64,000 nt of DNA from an uncultured Candidatus Entotheonella sp. GTDB taxonomy: Bacteria > Tectomicrobia > Entotheonellia > Entotheonellales > Entotheonellaceae. Location: positions 1,088,001 to 1,152,000 of the forward strand of contig OZ244252.1 of NCBI GenBank assembly GCA_965217185.1, in the 5' to 3' direction. Position 1 is the stretch's first letter, and each line of letters starts with the position of its first letter. The position numbers and the translations under genes were made by a program. The notes below the pieces were generated by a model. The model saw nothing but the letters and a program-made list of their open reading frames with translations, ran no database searches and was not told where the DNA came from. Below are positions 62,392-64,000 of this stretch, one piece after another.

Positions 62392-63491
62392 CTCATCGTA
62401 AGCTCAACTCCTGCCGTGCGGTCGGCCGTACCGGCCTCCTGCTGGTCGGCCTTGCGTTTCTCGTATGCAGCGCTGGTGGTGTGGAAGCCCAACGGCTGTG
62501 GACCGAACAGGCCGCCGGGCAACCGACCCTGCCGGCCTTGCGGCAACTGAACGACGCTTTGTTGGACCTGACCGAACAAGTGCTGCCGGCGATCATCAGC
62601 TTGCAGGTGCGTGGCGACGAGGGCGCTGCCCCCGACTTGCCGCCCAACCACCCCCCGGTGCCGGACCCCAGCATGCAGATCACTGGTAGCGGTTTTATCA
62701 TCAAGGCCAATGGGCTGGCGATCACCAACCAGCACGTGGTGCAAGACGAGGAAGACATTCACGTCCGCCTTTTTGACGGCACCCAGGCCCGCGCCAAAGT
62801 GTTGGGACGCGACATCATTGGCGACATGGCGCTGTTGCAGATCGAAACCGAAACTCCGCTGCCCGTTGTGCCGTTGGGGGACTCGGACGCACTGCAGGTC
62901 GGCGAATTCGTGGTGGCCATCGGTAGCCCGTTCGGCTTTGAGAACTCGGTGACGTTCGGGATGATCAGCGGCAAGCGGCGCAATTTCCTGCGCTCCAGCG
63001 CGGTCGGCGGCTACCTGCAAACGGACGCCTCCATCAACACGGGTAACAGCGGCGGGCCGCTCCTGAACATGCGCGGCGAGGTGGTTGGCGTGAACACCGC
63101 CACCATCCGGCGCGGCGTCATGGGCTTTGCCATTCCGATCAATGCCGTCAAAGCCTCGCTGCCGCAGCTTCATGATTACGGCCATGTAAAGCGCGCCTAC
63201 CTGGGCGTGCGCATTGAATCGCTCAACCGTGACAAAATCATCCGCCTGGGGCTTGAGTCACCGCGCGGCGCTTATATACATGAGGTTCTGAAAGGCCAGC
63301 CGGCGCAGCAGGCCGGCCTCGCCATCGGCGACATCATCGTCGGCTTCGACGGTCGTGAGGTAAGTTCGCCCTTCGATCTGCAAACGGCTGTCGCGGCCAG
63401 CCCGGTCGGCAAGAAGGTGCGGATCGAATTTCTGCGCCAGCAGCAGCGGCAGACGGTCGAATTAGCCCTAGGCGAAATGCCGGAAAACTGA
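62385..63491 (+). CDS. HtrA/DegP-family serine protease with PDZ domain
   Basis: GSGFII, TNQHVV, DMALL, GNSGGPL; GTG start after AGGAGG. Confidence 0.92.
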   Translation: MLTHRKLNSCRAVGRTGLLLVGLAFLVCSAGGVEAQRLWTEQAAGQPTLPALRQLNDALLDLTEQVLPAIISLQVRGDEGAAPDLPPNHPPVPDPSMQITGSGFIIKANGLAITNQHVVQDEEDIHVRLFDGTQARAKVLGRDIIGDMALLQIETETPLPVVPLGDSDALQVGEFVVAIGSPFGFENSVTFGMISGKRRNFLRSSAVGGYLQTDASINTGNSGGPLLNMRGEVVGVNTATIRRGVMGFAIPINAVKASLPQLHDYGHVKRAYLGVRIESLNRDKIIRLGLESPRGAYIHEVLKGQPAQQAGLAIGDIIVGFDGREVSSPFDLQTAVAASPVGKKVRIEFLRQQQRQTVELALGEMPEN

Positions 63492-63562
63492 CAGCCATCG
63501 TCAACCGTAGACTCCGCTCGGTATCCAACGCGGCTTGGCGGGTTTGTGGAAAGGACGACATC

Positions 63563-64000
63563 ATGGCCCAAAGTGACGGCACGACGGCGGCGCCCCGACT
63601 TCTCATCGTCTCCAATCGCCTGCCGGTTACCATTCATCAAGATGGCGACGAATTCACCGTTGAGCGCAGTTCAGGCGGTCTGGCCACAGCGCTCTCCCAC
63701 CCGCACGCGGCGGGCAGCAGTCTGTGGCTCGGCTGGCCCGGCAGTGCTTACGAGTCGGATGCCGACCGCCGCCGCCTGACCCGCCTGCTGCATGACACCT
63801 ATCGCTTCTCCCCCGTCTACCTCACCGACGAGCAGGTTCAACGGTATTACTACGGATTCAGTAACGGCGCGCTGTGGCCGCTGTGCCACTTTTTCGAGGC
63901 ACACGTGGTCTACGACGACGAGGAGTGGGAAGCCTACGTGCAGGTCAACCGCTTGTTCTGCGACGCGGTGGCCGAGGAGGTGCGCGGCGACGAACTGATC
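63563..64000 (+). CDS. otsA: Trehalose-6-phosphate synthase, runs off window end
   Basis: LLIVSNRLP, SSGGLA, WLGWPG, YYYGFSNGALWPLCH, YVQVNRLF. Confidence 0.9.
   Translation, partial: MAQSDGTTAAPRLLIVSNRLPVTIHQDGDEFTVERSSGGLATALSHPHAAGSSLWLGWPGSAYESDADRRRLTRLLHDTYRFSPVYLTDEQVQRYYYGFSNGALWPLCHFFEAHVVYDDEEWEAYVQVNRLFCDAVAEEVRGDELI

Overview
GC-rich bacterial chromosomal segment. Taxonomy cannot be determined from the sequence. Core metabolic and transport genes include a UxaA-like dehydratase, an LLM monooxygenase, an FprA-like reductase, peptide and sugar ABC transporters, a DHA2 MFS pump, a GH88/105 hydrolase, a PTE, ogt, an hpaB/extradiol dioxygenase cluster, lutABC, tRNA-Thr(CGT), an HtrA protease and otsA. 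Two accessory islands interrupt them. (1) At ~6.1-14.2 kb, a putative four-gene defence operon (SNF2 helicase split by a 191-bp MITE, AbiJ-like protein, sacsin-type ATPase/HNH protein, PemK toxin) is bounded by a synonymously recoded duplicate of the 3' end of the peptide-ABC binding-protein gene. (2) At ~31.0-52.6 kb, a decayed tyrosine-integrase island with att-like and arm-like direct repeats holds nested IS elements, MITEs, Tn3 relics and a few cargo genes. The strongest novel signal is a linalool dehydratase/isomerase-like gene (23790-25316). Its in-frame TGA falls at the second catalytic Cys position and is followed by an fdhF-type SECIS hairpin, making it a candidate selenoenzyme. Family assignments come from recalled motifs, not database searches.
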